A DNA stretch of 63,218 bases, counting the filler, from Kipferlia bialata (Eukaryota), in NCBI GenBank assembly GCA_003568945.1. It is 5 parts of 5 records of this genome, joined end to end, with 100 filler letters (N's around TTAATTAATTAA, not from the genome) between each part and the next. Parts side by side here need not be neighbours in the genome. Positions count along the whole stretch, not along the records: positions 59,769 to 63,218 come from BDIP01000566.1; 4 more parts are not named here. One strand, written 5' to 3'. Below, one piece after another: positions 60,545-63,218 of this stretch (positions within the stretch are counted from its first letter, which is position 1; every line of letters begins with the position of its first letter). A model generated the notes under the pieces. It made no database searches and was not told where the DNA came from. It was given only the letters and a program-made list of their open reading frames with translations. Position numbers and translations under genes: made by a program.

Positions 60545-62066
60545 ATGGACTCAGTGTTTGGATTCCAGGGCGAAGGCTACGTGTGCCTTGCCGGGGATGC
60601 CCGTGCCATCAACTCTATCTTTGTGCTGAAGCAGCACCATGACAAGATTGTGCAGGTGTGTGTATGTGTGATATGTGGTATGGAGGTCTGGGTGGCTCGT
60701 TCTCCTGATGTATAGTGAGTAATGTAGAGTGTTCTACCTGTATAGAGGTGGGTCCTATATATGTGTTGCTTTTACGACTGTTTGGCGTATTCCGTGCTTA
60801 CCTTACTTCGAGTGGGATCATCATACTCTATGTATAGATTGATATGTGACAGCGTAGTGCGAGGGATAGGTGTTCGTCTGAGATAACCCACTGATGATGA
60901 CTGTTAGAGATGGTTGTGAAGTCGTTGTTGGGGTGCCAGTGTGTACAGTGAGGCGTATTGCCTTTGTTCTCCACACTCACTAAGTATGAGCATTATAGGT
61001 TCCTACTATTCCCATACAGTGCTCCTATACCACCTCACCCCCCCCCTCCCCCCCAACCCCCCACCCCAGGTGTCTGACCGTATGCTGCTGGCCATGGTGG
61101 GAGAGGCCGGAGACACAGAGCAGCTGAGCGAGTTCGTCAAGGTATGAGTGGTATATTAAAGCCACACGCAAGTATGAATGTATGTATTTTTTTATATACC
61201 TAAACATATACATGTAATTGTGTGTATACTATCTTAGGTGTATATATAAAGTACCCCTGACCCCAGGTCAACCTGCGCCTCCTCGAGCTGCGTCTGGGCC
61301 ACCTGTCCACACACATGGCCGCCAACTGGCTAAGGACAAAGATGGCAGAGAGCCTCAGGAAGAGCCCATACCAGGTGGGGTGTTGTGTGGATATGTATAT
61401 ATATAGTCATATTCAGTATACAATGGGGATATATATGTATTGACCCCCCCCCCAGTCAGTCAGTCGTTCCCTCTCTACACATGCCCCTCTCCCAACCCCT
61501 CAGGTGAACTGCCTTCTGGCCGGCATGGATGCCGAGACCCCCGCTCTGTACCACCTAGACTTCTACGGCACTCTGGCCAAGCTGTCCTTCGGTGCACACG
61601 GGTACTGCGGCCACTTCCTACTGTCCCTGTTTGACAAGCACTGGCACGAGGGCATGACGAAGGAGGAGGCGCTGCCTCTGGTGGAGCTGCTGGGGGGGGA
61701 GCTGAAGGGCAGGTTCCTGCTGCACCAGGTAGGGACAGGGTGTGTGATGTATATACACTGTTTGATACTGCTTGGCACTGACCCCAGGACACCTTCATTG
61801 TCAAGATCATCTCCACAGAGGGAGTCGAGACCCACGAGGTCAACATCAAGGGCCACCAGGTATAGAGACATGCCATATTATAGGGGATTGTGTACATGGC
61901 AGGTTCATAGAGGGGGTTGTGGTTAAGTAGTCTCCCTGTCTCTCTCTCTCCTCTCTCACCCTAGGACGTTGGGCGCCCCCCTGTGGCTGAGGAGCCAGTG
62001 GCTGAGGCTGAGGCAGAGACAGAGATGTCAGCCCAGAGGCCAGCCCTGACCATTCAGGCCGAGTAG
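60545..62066 (+). CDS. PSMB2: 20S proteasome subunit beta type-2 (beta4/PRE1), 6 exons
   Basis: Spliced sequence MDSVFGFQGEGYVCLAGD...SIFVLKQHHDKI...VGEAGDTEQLSEFVKVNLRL...AANWLR..MAESLRKSPYQVNCLLAG...LYHLDFYGTL...AHGYCGHFLLSLFDKHW...ELKGRF. Confidence 0.95.
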
Positions 62067-62348
62067 GAGGGGTATATTGAAATAGAAACACTTAGTTATG
62101 GTACTGATGGTTTGCATGGCTAATAGTAGCACACACACATCGAGTAATCACAGCCGATCTATTATGCACATATCACACAGAGACCTAGGGAACACATACC
62201 CAGGCCTATACACTAACCACAACGAGAGTAACAAAGAGCAGCCCCCTTCTCCAAAAGGGGGGAGGGAACAACATAAGGAACAGGTGACACAAGAACACTC
62301 ACAGATCCAGCTGGTATAAGGCAGGTGGCCCAAGCATCGCTAGTACGG

Positions 62349-63176
62349 CTAGTACGGCTGCTGCCCCATCCTGATGCTCCTGCCGCTGCTGACACTCCTG
62401 TATACCCCGGGCCTCTGGTGGTGACCGTGGCCTACCGCATGGCCCCTCTTGTCGTTGTAGGATATGTGCTGGGGGAGGGGCTTGGGCTTAGGGGGGCGCC
62501 CGAGGTCTCCTCTGGAGCCTCTGGAACCATACCCCGACCCTGCCTTGGATATGGCATTGACCCCCAGCACCCCCTCAAGAGGCCTCTTGCTCCTGCCGCC
62601 CCTGTCCTCTCTCTCTCTCTCCCTCATGTGGGAGGAGTGGCCTGTCAGCTTGGGCATGGACACAGAGGGCAGGGAGGGCAGCCCAGAGTCACCTCCCATG
62701 TTGCGCCCACTGGCAGGTCTGGAGTGGGAGTGGGAGTGGGCTCTGTTTGTGCTTCTGGCCCTGCCCCCATAGGACCCGTGCCTGCCCATCTCGATGGCCT
62801 GGCCCCTGTCTGAGGACTGGGCGTGCCCCCCCCTGCCCAGCACCTGCTGCCCCACATACCCAGTCCCCCTCACAGGCACAGCGGCAGACCGATCCCACTG
62901 GTCCCTCTCCCTATCCGCCTTGGGGGGCTTCCCCTGCCCCCCATTGGCGTAGTGGGAGGAGGACACAACCAGACCACCCCGCGTCTCCTGCACCTCCTCG
63001 CCGGCCTTCTTACGCACTGGGTGTGCCACATAGTGTCTCACCAGGATGTCGCAGGCCTCGACAATGCCAAGACGGGTCAGGGCACGGTATCTCTGGGCCA
63101 TCTCACTGCGGGACAGCTTCTCCAGCCTCTCGTCCCTCTGCACACCCTGCGGCAGAAGGACAGGGCCGTCGACACC
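62349..63176 (-). CDS. Last exon of an unknown protein (helical segment followed by a G/R/S-rich tail)
   Basis: An open frame of more than 260 codons follows an acceptor at about 63177 and ends ...IRMGQQPY*. Confidence 0.55.
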   Translation of the reverse strand, partial: GVDGPVLLPQGVQRDERLEKLSRSEMAQRYRALTRLGIVEACDILVRHYVAHPVRKKAGEEVQETRGGLVVSSSHYANGGQGKPPKADRERDQWDRSAAVPVRGTGYVGQQVLGRGGHAQSSDRGQAIEMGRHGSYGGRARSTNRAHSHSHSRPASGRNMGGDSGLPSLPSVSMPKLTGHSSHMREREREDRGGRSKRPLEGVLGVNAISKAGSGYGSRGSRGDLGRPPKPKPLPQHISYNDKRGHAVGHGHHQRPGVYRSVSSGRSIRMGQQPY

Positions 63177-63218
63177 TGCTGTAAGGGGGGGGGGGGGGGG
63201 CTGGTATGAGATGCCGCA

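Noticed and set aside
60656..61069. Intronic C/D snoRNA in the long first PSMB2 intron (TGATGA near 60895), and in the RPS28 5' UTR intron
   Set aside because: I saw no correctly placed D box or terminal stem. A covariance-model search would be needed.
1..63218. rRNA, tRNA and transposase/reverse-transcriptase genes
   Set aside because: None was recognised by eye. Small RNA genes cannot be excluded without Infernal or tRNAscan.

Overview
This is intron-dense eukaryotic DNA. It consists of at least five unrelated contigs joined by artificial N-TTAATTAATTAA-N linkers (about 18242, 36508, 54765 and 59713), plus two plain N gaps. Introns are GT-AG with the branch point almost fused to the acceptor (YTNAC-CCC-AG), exons are short, and (GA)n, (TA)n and poly-C tracts are common. 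This style suggests a free-living fornicate/metamonad such as Kipferlia (inference only). Most six-frame ORFs are spurious, so I reconstructed genes by hand-splicing. Recognisable products: a DUF262/GmrSD-N protein of about 24 exons, a P-loop fragment, RasGEF, a PLP fold-II pseudo-enzyme, cactin, a HisJ-type PHP phosphatase, PSMB3, RPS28, a DSC3-like Ubl protein, an ankyrin-like protein, a membrane pseudo-phosphodiesterase, a discoidin plus C2H2 protein, a Dpy-30 protein and PSMB2. The most striking signal is in the introns of several genes, which hold stacked partial copies ('echoes') of the neighbouring exon edge plus its splice site. These copies generally carry only one splice site, so they cannot be ordinary exons. 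Yet they differ from the real exon almost only by synonymous changes, including TCN<->AGY Ser and AGR<->CGN Arg switches.
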